From contig CAXXOU010000002.1 of assembly GCA_963677495.2 (NCBI GenBank), positions 164,070 through 228,069 of the forward strand: 64,000 nt of DNA, read 5' to 3'. This stretch comes from Candidatus Cloacimonadales bacterium. Its GTDB lineage: Bacteria; Cloacimonadota; Cloacimonadia; Cloacimonadales; JAFGVF01. Within the stretch, counting starts at the first letter, position 1. Each line of letters opens with the position of its first letter. A model generated the notes under the pieces. It was not told the DNA's origin. It did no database searches and saw only the letters and a program-made list of their open reading frames with translations. Positions 8,226-18,112 of the stretch are shown in pieces. Both the position numbers and the translations under genes were made by a program.

Positions 8226-10358
8226 ATGAAGCAGATGATTCTGCTCTTTTCTGTGCTGAGCATAGCAATTATCATAGCTATACCTATTGAGGAGAGAGAT
8301 TTCAGTGTTTTCTTATATGGAAACGACGATACTTTTGCCTATGATAATTGGTATTCTCATCTTGCAGAAAATGTAGCACGTCCGGGTTATAATGATTATG
8401 CCCCCTTTGATAGACAACTGACAGGTTTTGGGGGATACGTACAACCTTCAGCAACCGACTCACTAAATTGGTATAATGCAGTTTATGCGTTTGCCAATGA
8501 TAATCTCCCAAATGCTCAATCATGGTTGGATAACAGCTCTTTGCCATTTGAGGTGCTTTATATGGATGATACTGATACAGGTCGTAGATACAACGTTCTC
8601 AGAGAGCTACCGGATACATTGTATTATGATGATAATAACACTCTTGATTTGCTTGATGATGAGATCGGTGCTTTTACTCACGGTTGGGGATTAATTGTAA
8701 AGAATGAGGAGAGCACAAATCCAAGTATTATCTCTGTTGTTCACCCATGTGATGATTTCATTGCAGTACCGGTTGCTTATGATATCTTTAAAAAGCTTGA
8801 TGCGAGGTATCTAATCATAAATGGTGTAGGCAGAGAAGTAGCATATTGGGGTTCAGCTTCAAGCTTCAATAATAGTCGTGCCCTCAGTGATCCGAGCAGG
8901 AATGCCAGCCATCCTAATCATACTGCTTTCAAAGCTGCTTGTGATGAGATTAGAGAGACTTTCAACAGAGAAGAGTTTGTGTTGCAGTTGCATAGTTATG
9001 ACCCTCAAACTGCAATAGATTGGGATGTTATCGCTTGCTCAGGTATTGGAAGTTTACACTATAGACCTATTTATGATTGGGATGAAACAAACCAAGGAAT
9101 TGTCAACAATCTACCCTTTAGAATTCCTATACTTGATGGTTTTGAGTATGAAGAGGATTTGAGTATTGTGGAATATTTTGCCATAGCTAACTACGCTAAT
9201 TATCCTTATGACATTTACTATAGTACGACTGATTCTTTGCGTATACAAACAATTAATACTTATGGTGGTTATGGTCCTAACAAACAACGATTGTATATGC
9301 AAAGTAGTCCCTTATACAACTATCAAAACTGGTTGCATATAGAGATGAGAGAGTCTCCATCATACTGTGATGATTGGAGATTGTATTATAACTTCGATGA
9401 AGAGACACAGATTTATAATCGTGATGAGCTGTTCAACAAAGTGATTGAGCACAATAGTCATTGGGTGGATGCACTGGTCAGCTTCTTTCCTGAATTTATT
9501 GAAAAGTCGGATGGTGGGATACCCCCGAGTCCTGTTGCTCCGTTAGTCTATAATCCCGGTATTGTTGATACAGGTGTGTTTCAATGGTCTGAGGTTGAGG
9601 ACGCTAATTTCTTGAAATATGAATTGCTTGCTTCTCCACAAAACTCTTTCTCAGAGAGCATTAAATTGATCACAGCGAATACAAGTATAAATGATTCTTG
9701 GGTTGAACTACAAAACACTGAGTATTTACCAAATTACTGGTATCAGGTCACAGCAACTGATTTTGATGGGTCCTTTTCTCAATCGAATAAGGTTTACATT
9801 GATTCCAATTACAGCAGTAGTGGCTACCCGTTTCTGCCATCAAATAGCTTCGAAATTGAATTTGAACGTTCTGATTTCTCAAATGAGCTTGTCGAGGTTC
9901 TCCTCCAAAACAAAAGTAATAAAGCTTTTAATGTAATAAGCATTACCGGGCTTGAATATCCATTTAGCATTGCTACAGCCAATCTTAGTAGGCCTTTATC
10001 TGTCGAAGCCTATGACTTCATAACTATAGATGTAGAAATAGATTTGCACACTCCCGGAGCTTATGAATCAGAGTTGATTTTAACTACTGATTGTGATGAT
10101 ATCCCCAGACTCAGATGTAGTTTCAATGCCTGGATAATAGATTATTCTGCACCTTTACAATCTGAAATCTACGTCGATGAAGAGAATCAGATTGTACTTC
10201 GATGGGAGGATAAACCGGAGTCAGAATATCTTATTTATTCGAGTGATTTCCCTAATTACGGGTATAACTTGTATACAAGAACTGATAAGAACTACCATAT
10301 TCTAGCTAAAAGGGACAGAGCATTTTATCGGGTTTATCGGAATAGAAAGGGACAATAA
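8226..10358 (+). CDS. Secreted hypothetical protein (710 aa)
   Basis: Long ORF with a strong SD (AAGGAGAAGAG) and an N-terminal signal-like segment MKQMILLFSVLSIAIIIAIP. I recognise no family. Confidence 0.6.
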   Translation: MKQMILLFSVLSIAIIIAIPIEERDFSVFLYGNDDTFAYDNWYSHLAENVARPGYNDYAPFDRQLTGFGGYVQPSATDSLNWYNAVYAFANDNLPNAQSWLDNSSLPFEVLYMDDTDTGRRYNVLRELPDTLYYDDNNTLDLLDDEIGAFTHGWGLIVKNEESTNPSIISVVHPCDDFIAVPVAYDIFKKLDARYLIINGVGREVAYWGSASSFNNSRALSDPSRNASHPNHTAFKAACDEIRETFNREEFVLQLHSYDPQTAIDWDVIACSGIGSLHYRPIYDWDETNQGIVNNLPFRIPILDGFEYEEDLSIVEYFAIANYANYPYDIYYSTTDSLRIQTINTYGGYGPNKQRLYMQSSPLYNYQNWLHIEMRESPSYCDDWRLYYNFDEETQIYNRDELFNKVIEHNSHWVDALVSFFPEFIEKSDGGIPPSPVAPLVYNPGIVDTGVFQWSEVEDANFLKYELLASPQNSFSESIKLITANTSINDSWVELQNTEYLPNYWYQVTATDFDGSFSQSNKVYIDSNYSSSGYPFLPSNSFEIEFERSDFSNELVEVLLQNKSNKAFNVISITGLEYPFSIATANLSRPLSVEAYDFITIDVEIDLHTPGAYESELILTTDCDDIPRLRCSFNAWIIDYSAPLQSEIYVDEENQIVLRWEDKPESEYLIYSSDFPNYGYNLYTRTDKNYHILAKRDRAFYRVYRNRKGQ

Positions 10359-10605
10359 TATACTCTATCCTATTGCAAAATAGCTTTTAACTAAAATAAA
10401 ACTATTGACATGAAATAGCTCTGTAGTATTGATGCTACAATTCAAAATACAGGTGAGTGAGATGTTCATTTATTTCTTATAATATTAATGCCCCAATTTA
10501 AGTAACGCAGCCCTTCAGAGAAAGGGAGATTATCACTATTATTCAATATCTGTTATAATTCTATAACAATCACTATCTATTATTTTTAAGTATTTTGGAG
10601 GTTTT

Positions 10606-11652
10606 ATGCCAATCAAAGATAAATTATATGAAGTTTCGGAAGAGATAAATACAAGAGCTATTCTTGTCACAGTACGCTTAAGAAGATCACAAGAAGATAT
10701 TAACGATTCCTTGGATGAGCTCGAGAGATTAGCTGATACAGCCGGTGTAGAAGTTGTTGGACGCTTTGTTCAGAACTTTGATAAACCAAAAGCAGGAACC
10801 TATATCGGTCCCGGTTTTGCTGAGATGATAAAGGAAAAGTTAGAAGAGTTAGATGCTAATCTGGTTATCTTTGATAATGAGCTTACGCCTTCTCAAGGTC
10901 GTAACCTTAGTAAGAACTATGAAATGGATATCACAGATAGAACTGAGTTAATTCTGGATATTTTCCATCACCATGCAAAGACAAATGAAGCAAGAATGCA
11001 GGTTAAGCTTGCAGAGCTTCAATATCAGTTGCCAAGACTTAAAAGCTTATGGACTCATCTTGATAAAATCAAAGGTGCAGCAGCCGGGTCAATGGGTGCA
11101 GGTCGTGGTGCAGGTGAGAAGCAGGTGGAGCTTGATAAAAGAAAGATTCGTAATGAGATTGCCTCTATTCAGTCTGATTTGAAGAAGCTCAATATTCAGC
11201 TTGATACTCAGCGCAAGAAAAGAAAACTAAACCATAAACTTGTCTGTCTAGTGGGTTATACAAATGCAGGTAAATCAACTCTATTCAACAAACTGACAGA
11301 TGCTGGTGTTCTTCAACAGGATATGCTGTTTGCAACTCTTGACTCGACTTCAAAGTCAGTCGAGATCGGTTTCGGTAATGAGGTTATTCTTACTGATACT
11401 GTCGGATTCATAGCAAATCTTCCGCATCAGCTTGTTGCAAGTTTTAGAGCGACTTTGAAAGAGGTCATGGATGCTGATTTGCTACTGCATGTAGTAGATT
11501 GTTCTGATAAGAGATACAAGCAACTGATCAACGAAGTAGAGAAAGTCCTACTTGAAATCAAAGCCAATGAAGTGCCGGCTTTACTTGTCTTCAATAAAAT
11601 TGACAGACTAGAACAGGATGCTATCGATGCCCTTAGAGAAGAACATCCCTGA
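10606..11652 (+). CDS. hflX: GTPase HflX, N-terminal and G-domain part (reading frame broken at ~11648)
   Basis: GTPase motifs G1 GYTNAGKST, G3 DTVGF and G4 NKID, plus the HflX N-terminal domain. The ORF stops at ...ALREEHP*, where homologs continue. Confidence 0.85.
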   Translation: MPIKDKLYEVSEEINTRAILVTVRLRRSQEDINDSLDELERLADTAGVEVVGRFVQNFDKPKAGTYIGPGFAEMIKEKLEELDANLVIFDNELTPSQGRNLSKNYEMDITDRTELILDIFHHHAKTNEARMQVKLAELQYQLPRLKSLWTHLDKIKGAAAGSMGAGRGAGEKQVELDKRKIRNEIASIQSDLKKLNIQLDTQRKKRKLNHKLVCLVGYTNAGKSTLFNKLTDAGVLQQDMLFATLDSTSKSVEIGFGNEVILTDTVGFIANLPHQLVASFRATLKEVMDADLLLHVVDCSDKRYKQLINEVEKVLLEIKANEVPALLVFNKIDRLEQDAIDALREEHP

Positions 11653-11899
11653 TGCTATGTTTATCTCTGCTCAGACAGGAGTTAATATTGATGGGCTCAA
11701 AGAGCACTTAGAGAATGAGCTTAATCAAGCAGTTCTAGCTGAACTGATGATACCATATACTGATGGTGCTATTGAGGCTGTTGCACACAAGAAGTGTGAA
11801 GTACTCGAGAAGCAGTATAAAGAAGAGGGAACATACCTCAAAGTGAGGATTAATATGGAAGATATGAGACATTTTGAAGCTTATAGGATAGGTGAATAG
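11618..11899 (+). CDS. hflX: HflX C-terminal fragment (continues from 10606-11652 after a 1-nt frame change)
   Basis: From about 11650 the second frame reads PDAMFISAQTGVNIDGLKEHL..., which is the expected G5 region and C-terminal domain. Shortening the CCC run at 11648-11650 to CC restores ...EEHPDAMFISAQTG. Confidence 0.75.
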   Translation: MLSMPLEKNIPDAMFISAQTGVNIDGLKEHLENELNQAVLAELMIPYTDGAIEAVAHKKCEVLEKQYKEEGTYLKVRINMEDMRHFEAYRIGE

Positions 11900-12813
11900 T
11901 GGTACCTTACCTCTATTGTCTTATAACAATCCTCTTCTTCTCAACTTTGGAAGTAGTTGGAAAACTCATTGGGGCGAACATCTCTCCTGCTTCCGTCACC
12001 GTATTTAGATTTGTAATTGGAGCTACAGTGTTAGCTCCAATTGCTCTTTCTGAGGTTAAGAAAGCGAACAAGAAGCTTAGCCCAAAAGAGATTATAGGTA
12101 TTGTGATACCGGGCATTATAAATGTAGCTATTAGCATGTATCTCTTGCAACTCTCCATATTCTATGGAAAAGCATTTCTTTCTGCTATCATTGTCAGTAC
12201 AAATCCTGTTTTCACTACAATTCTAGCGCATTTCATTCTAAAAGAGAAGATGTCTCCTAAAGTGCTGATAGCCCAGATTGTAAGTATCTTAGCCTTAACA
12301 GGTATAGTACTTATGGAGAAGGAGTTGCTTGCTGGTTCAAAGGACTTAGCGTTAGGTATCTTTTTTGCTGTCTTGGCATCAATAACTTTTGCACTCTATA
12401 CTGTACTATCTAAAAGGCAAGTTAAAGTACATGGAAGTATTGTCTTCAACTCTGTAAGCTTCTTTGGTGGAGCAGTGATTCTTGCTCTTTTCACGCTTGT
12501 AAAAGGTGGTTCACTAGCCTTTGAAATGAACCTAAGAAACATCTCAATGCTACTTTATTTAGGTCTGTTCGTAACCGGACTCGCTTATTATCTTTTCTTC
12601 AAAGCTCTGAAGAAGATTCCTGCAGCGGTGGGCTCATCCTTTTTCTTCCTTAAACCTGTGATCGCAAGTTTACTTGCCTTCTTCATTCTGGGTGAGAAGA
12701 TGCATCATTTTCAAGCTTTGTTCTATTTACTCATTGTTGCATCTCAGCTGTTTATTGTGTTTTCAAAATCTCCTCGCCCCTTTGGGGAGAGGATTAAGGT
12801 GAGGGGTCGTTAG
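11899..12813 (+). CDS. EamA/DMT-family transporter
   Basis: 304 aa with a GTG start and about 10 TM helices arranged as a duplicated EamA pattern. The last ~12 codons (PRPFGERIKVRGR) run into a GC-rich hairpin and may not be native. Confidence 0.75.
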   Translation: MVPYLYCLITILFFSTLEVVGKLIGANISPASVTVFRFVIGATVLAPIALSEVKKANKKLSPKEIIGIVIPGIINVAISMYLLQLSIFYGKAFLSAIIVSTNPVFTTILAHFILKEKMSPKVLIAQIVSILALTGIVLMEKELLAGSKDLALGIFFAVLASITFALYTVLSKRQVKVHGSIVFNSVSFFGGAVILALFTLVKGGSLAFEMNLRNISMLLYLGLFVTGLAYYLFFKALKKIPAAVGSSFFFLKPVIASLLAFFILGEKMHHFQALFYLLIVASQLFIVFSKSPRPFGERIKVRGR

Positions 12814-12920
12814 TTTAAAAGCTGGACTCATAGCGACCATCGGGAGTTAGAGTCATAGCGAAATTAGCAATTCCCCGCTTTGCATCGTACTCGTAAACAC
12901 GTATGGACACAAGCTATAGT

Positions 12921-13213
12921 AGCAGTCATCAGTGCGAGTTTACGAGCTTGAGGAAATGCGGTCTTAACACTTGTTGGTACTTCGAAGTCGCATTTCCCCA
13001 AACTCCTTTCAGTCGTACTGGTGACTGCTTCGATAATTCACTAAAGTTATCCGAGCGACCCAGAAGGTAGCAGTCATCAGTGCGAGTTTACGAGCTTGAG
13101 GAAATGCGGTCTTAACACTTGTTGGTACTTCGAAGTCGCATTTCCCCAAACTCCTTTCAGTCGTACTGGTGACTGCGTCGTTAATCCACTAAAGTTGTCC
13201 GAGCGACCCGTTC
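12921..13213 (+). repeat. Tandem duplication (2 x 148 bp) of the Family-2 structured element
   Basis: AGCAGTCATCAGTGCGAGTTTACGAGCTTGAGGAAATGCGG... starts at both 12921 and 13069. The first ~107 nt are near-identical and the remainder is more diverged. Confidence 0.9.
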
Positions 13214-13517
13214 GACTTCGTTCATTTCGTTTCACTACATTCAGCTCCGCTCAGGGTGACATGTTAATGGATTTGCTGTTACAAATCCAAGTGCCTGGTT
13301 ATTTTCCCAACGGGATAGAATGTGAATAGCCATGAGATGCATGGTCAAACCATCTAAAGAATCAAGGACCCCAACGGTGTCGAATCTGTTTTATAACACA
13401 ATCTACATTGTCCATCCCAATGCAACTGATACCAGTAAGATCAATTGATTGTGAAAATCATTGACTAATACCTGCCAAACCCCATATTTCGGATATTGAG
13501 TAATTGAGGAGACATTC

Positions 13518-16152
13518 ATGTCCAAAATATATATATTCTTTCTAATTCTAGCTGCCACGCTAAGCATAAACGCAATTGAGATATTCACTGCCAAGAATTA
13601 TTATACAAATGAAGAGACTATTCAACTTTTCTGGGTAGACAATACAGACAATGTGGATTCATTGCAAATTGCAGGAAAGTCATTTACTGCAAAAGATATT
13701 AAGAGCTATCGCAAATCAATAAGGGCAATTGAGATTGCTATTGATAAAGTTCAGCAACAAGAAGATGTGGTTGTTTATAAGGGAAATGAAGTAGAGACAA
13801 TTCAAGTTGAAATAAAGAAATTACCACATAAACTAAATGCAGTAAAGATGGATAGAATAAGGGGATGTGTGATTGCTGATGATATGATCTATATGCCTTC
13901 CGGGTTCTATACTTATTCACCAGTTCAGCCATTCCTGCTTGAAGATGAAGTTGTTCGTGGGTTCAACATGGTATCGCCTTATCAAAAGATTTTACCCAAG
14001 ACAAGAAAGCAAAGGTTAGATTATCTCAATCAAGCACACAACCTAGGAATGAAGGTTAACTACAATCTTCTCAGTGTTGCCGGTGGGGAGGAGTAAACCT
14101 TAAGGATCATGATTTCAGTGATCTTGAAAAGACCTTCAAATGCTTAAAGATGAAGTTAAAGCAATTAAAGATCACCCCGCTCTTCTGAGTTGGTATATAA
14201 GCGACGAACCATATTATACAGGTACAAAACCTGAATATCTTGAGCAGATATACAAGATGATCAAGGAGATAGATCCATACCACCCGGTTACGATTGTATT
14301 CATGAAATCATCCCAAGCTCACAAATATAGGAAAGCTCTAGATATAGCAATGGCTGATCCTTATCCAATCCCTGTGAAATCAGTATATGAAGTGGAGCAA
14401 GTCACCCATAAACTAGCTAACGAGTTCTTCCCTGAAAGACTGGTTTGGAATGTCCCACAAACCTTTGGTGGTAGCGAGTGGTGGAGAAGAGAACCAACAC
14501 CTAATGAGTTGCGCTCTATGCTTTATTTATCACTTCTTAACGGCTCTTCCGGTTACCAGTTCTTTATTCGTAAAGGACTGAATGGCTTCCAAAATCAACT
14601 CAACTATGGAGTGAAGGAAGCAGAGCAATGCTGGAGATGCAGGAGATTGTTCCATGGCTCTTTAGCGAAGAGGAGAATCCGGAAGTTAGTGATGGCACTG
14701 TCAAAATCACTTCTAAAGCCTATAGAAAGGACAATAGTATCATCATTATTTCTGTTAACGGTGAGAATAAACCTGTGCCATTAACTCTAAAGATGACTGA
14801 GTTTATCAATGGTAAAGCTGAAGTGCTGTTTGAAAACAGAAGTGTGAAAGTAGTGAATGGAGTTATAAATGATAACTTAGATGTGTTTGGTGTAAAAATA
14901 TGTAAGATTTACACAAAAGATAAACCCAAACTACCTCGGATTACTGATGAAACATTCCTAAACCACTCATTCGAAAGAAACTACGTAGCTTCGGTACCTT
15001 CAGGTTGTTATGCAAATGTTGGTAAGGGACGAGGTAAAATCTATTCTATCGATTCTCGAGATGCTACTGACGGGGAGCATTCATTAAGGATGCATGTTTC
15101 ACCTGAAGCTGAAAGTTTTAACCTGAATTTCTATCCGATAAAGATGGATAACGGTAGAAGTTATTATGCATCTTTAAAAGCAAGAAAAGGTATTCATACT
15201 TTCAAGAAGACAACAACTCGAACAATTACTCCCGGTTTTTTTGCAGATTATTTGGAGCAAAAGAGAAGGTTTTTAAGAATAGTATTAATCAACGAAGCTC
15301 CTTTAAATTTAGGATTGGTAAATTAAGTTCATCGGAACAGTTTTTAAATCAAAACTGGACAAAATTCTCATTTATTATAAATAACAATCAGGAAAGTAAG
15401 CAGGTGGGAAGAATTAGTCCGAGGTTAATCTATAATGGCCCCGGAACTGCTTGGTTCGACGAGTACGAAATTTTACCTCTGTTGAAGCTATGTTCCAATA
15501 ACGAGGAGGAAGCGCGTGTTATTACAACTACGTATGCGTCAGCAGAGGTCCCTCTTTTTTATACTTTAGATGGATCTGAACCTACGAAGAATTCTCCTAC
15601 TTTCTCTGATACTCTTATCATAACTGAATCTTCAACTCTAAAGCTGAAAGCCATTGGAGCAATATAGTAGCAGGAACAGCTCAACAAAGATTTGCTATAC
15701 ATAGTGCTCTTGATTGTGTTGCTACATCCAAAGCAAAGATTTCAACCAAGTTCTCCGGTGATGGTCTTAAGTCTCTTACCGATGGGTTATTAGCAAATGA
15801 TAACAGCTACGATTACAGAAATGTCGGTTTTGAGTCTGATGAGATAGTTTTAGATATCAAACTAAAGAAGTTAATGGAGATTGACAATGTCGCAATGAGC
15901 CTTGTCTCTGAAAAGAATAAGGGAATCTACTTTCCGACAGAAGTACAAGTTGAATACTCAGCTGATGGTAAAGAGTTTAAAAACTTCCATGCAGTGAAAA
16001 TAATGCTGGAAAACTCTATTACTTTTAACAAGGTCCATTTACAGCTGGATGAGGACGATATCACGGCTCAGCATATCCGCATTAAGCTATCTTCAGATAA
16101 TAAACGGGAGAACACGATTACGATATTGGACGAGATTATCATTAATAACTAA
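13518..16152 (+). pseudogene. Secreted glycoside-hydrolase-like multidomain protein broken by at least 6 frameshifts (TIM-barrel-like WYISDEP region, CBM-like region, chitobiase/hexosaminidase C-terminal-like domain, F5/8 type C discoidin-like domain)
   Basis: The fragments 13518-14096, 14128-14784, 14574-15326, ~15290-15667 and ~15670-16152 read on from each other once the frame is shifted. The first has a signal peptide. The breaks sit at homopolymers: GGGG at 14085-14088, AAA at 14138-14140, a CC/AAAA run near 14589-14594 and T7 at 15234-15240. Confidence 0.7.
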
Positions 16153-16225
16153 AATAAAAGCTTTACACAATAAAATTCCATTAACAGAATGCCGTCATAT
16201 CCGATGTATAATTAAAGGAGGTATT

Positions 16226-16742
16226 ATGCAAAAGGGTAGCAAAGCCGGCTTAGCCGGAAGGAGATTTCTTTCTTGGTTGATTGATTTACTGCTGTTCTCT
16301 GTGATTGCTATTTTCACCGGAATCTACTTCACACAGGAAAGCACAATGATAAGTATTGGTATGGGATACATTGGTAAGATTACTAATATTATCTTGCTAC
16401 TCGGTATTGCATTACCGGCAGTATATCTATTTATGAGTTGGGTTTTCTTTGGAGCCACAATCGGTATGAAAGCTCTTGGATTAAGAGTTAAGTCGATTCA
16501 CACTAATAAAAAGCTCAATCCGGTGTTGCAATTCTAAGATTCTTAATGTGGATTGTAAACTGGTTCTCTTTCCGATTGGATTCCTCTGGATGCTTTGTGA
16601 CTCAAGAGGGCAGACCTTTGCTGATAAGCTATCAAGTACTGTGATTGTTCGGAAGGGTGACTATAAAGAGGAAGTACCTCCTTCTTCTGAACGAGATCGA
16701 AAGGTTTGGTTAGTAGGAGCTATCTTATCCGTTTTGGTATGA
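16226..16742 (+). pseudogene. RDD-family membrane protein, frame broken near 16530-16550
   Basis: An AGGAGG SD precedes the ATG at 16226 (MQKGSKAGLAGRRFLSWLIDLLLF...). The RDD C-terminal motif (DSRGQTFADKLSSTVIV) lies in a different frame (16548-16742). Confidence 0.6.
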
Positions 16743-18057
16743 TTTTAGCCTCATCAACTATCTTTCTATTCTTGTATCAACCACGCTTGAATCCAGGAAT
16801 TAGTAACACCCTGTATTCCTATCTACCCGGTGATAACCCCGAAGAAAACAGTTTCTATGAACTCTATGGTTTCACTGCTCCCCAAGGCATAGATCCTTAT
16901 GATGCCGGATTGCAGAAAGTGGTTAATGCTAATAAAACTTTACTTGATTATAATGCAACCAATGTTCCTATTTCTGATCCTAGATTGAAGAAGCTGGTTA
17001 GTACATTTAAAGATACTCTCCGCTCGGATATACACTATGTTAAAGATAGAGCAGAGGGACAGAGTAATATAGATTTAATCAAATCGAAGCGCAAAGAGCT
17101 TAGACCAATTATTGAAAAGTATCAATACATGAAAGAGCGCTACTCGAGAATCAGGGAGTACAAATATTTCAAACAAAGATTATTCCACATACAGCCTCCC
17201 CATACTGGCGTGGTTCTCTGTTAGTTGCCTATCAAAGGTTGGTTTCTGCTGAGTTCGTGCTTGAATATCTCTATGGAGATCGTAATAAAGCTCTTGAACT
17301 TATGCAACTAAGCTATGATGTGAATCGAAATCTTTTCAAAGTTTGTGATGACATGTTGATAAAGTATATGACCGCTTATAATCTTGGGAATGTAGAAGAG
17401 ATAATAAGTGAGCTGATGAGCTATGAAAAGCCATGTGACCAGCGTTTGTTAAACTTTGTTAGCAATGTGCAAGGCTTCGATAGGGAGGATGTTAATCTTC
17501 GTAAACCTCGAGAGACAGGATTTAACTATACCCTCATTTCAACCTTGGCTGATAGAATGAATAACAGACAGATTTTAGAGGATTATGTTGTCACTCCTAA
17601 AGAGATTACTCAATCCAGTAGCTTCATGTTTAAATCAAACGATTTTGCCAACCAGTTCTATGCTTTCAATGAATATATAATGGATTACTCAGAGAAATCC
17701 TTCCCTGAGATTTATGCTGAGAAAGATAATCGATTCAGTTATAATCCAACCTCAGTATTGAATGTATTTAATACACTGGGAGTAGCTCATACAATCACTG
17801 TAATTCATGTTGAGAAGATGGCAAAAGACTATCTGTTTAGGTATATTCATAACTATTTGGGCACCAAGCTGCTAAAAGCAAAAGCTGATATTATCAGAGA
17901 GAATGTTCCTAAAGATAAGATTGAAGATTTCCTCCAAAACGATGTGGTTAAGTATGGAGTAGAGTACAAGGACGAAACTTTCAAGTATGATTCTGTAAAC
18001 CACAAGATCTACTTTGACCAACTCAATAAAGATGAGAGTTACGGGTTTAAACTGTAG
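16706..18057 (+). pseudogene. Hypothetical protein in two frames (16706-17224 and ~17190-18057), possibly continuous with the RDD gene
   Basis: The second frame stays open upstream of 17239 (PHTASPYWRGSLLVAYQRLVSAEF...), which implies a single indel near 17175-17195. I recognise no family. Confidence 0.45.
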
Positions 18058-18081
18058 GTATACATCACAAATGTATAGATG

Positions 18082-18112
18082 AAGCCTGGTGCCTTGCATC
18101 AGGCTTTTTATT
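18082..18112 (+). terminator. Rho-independent terminator
   Basis: A stem (AAGCCTG at 18082-18088, CAGGCTT at 18100-18106) is followed by TTTTATT. Confidence 0.7.

Noticed and set aside
16049-16225. The N-terminal 59-aa extension of ORF 16049-16537, which overlaps the end of the discoidin-domain fragment.
   Set aside because: A strong AGGAGG SD precedes the internal ATG at 16226, and the RDD-family sequence starts there. The extension is read-through of the upstream gene's 3' end in another frame.
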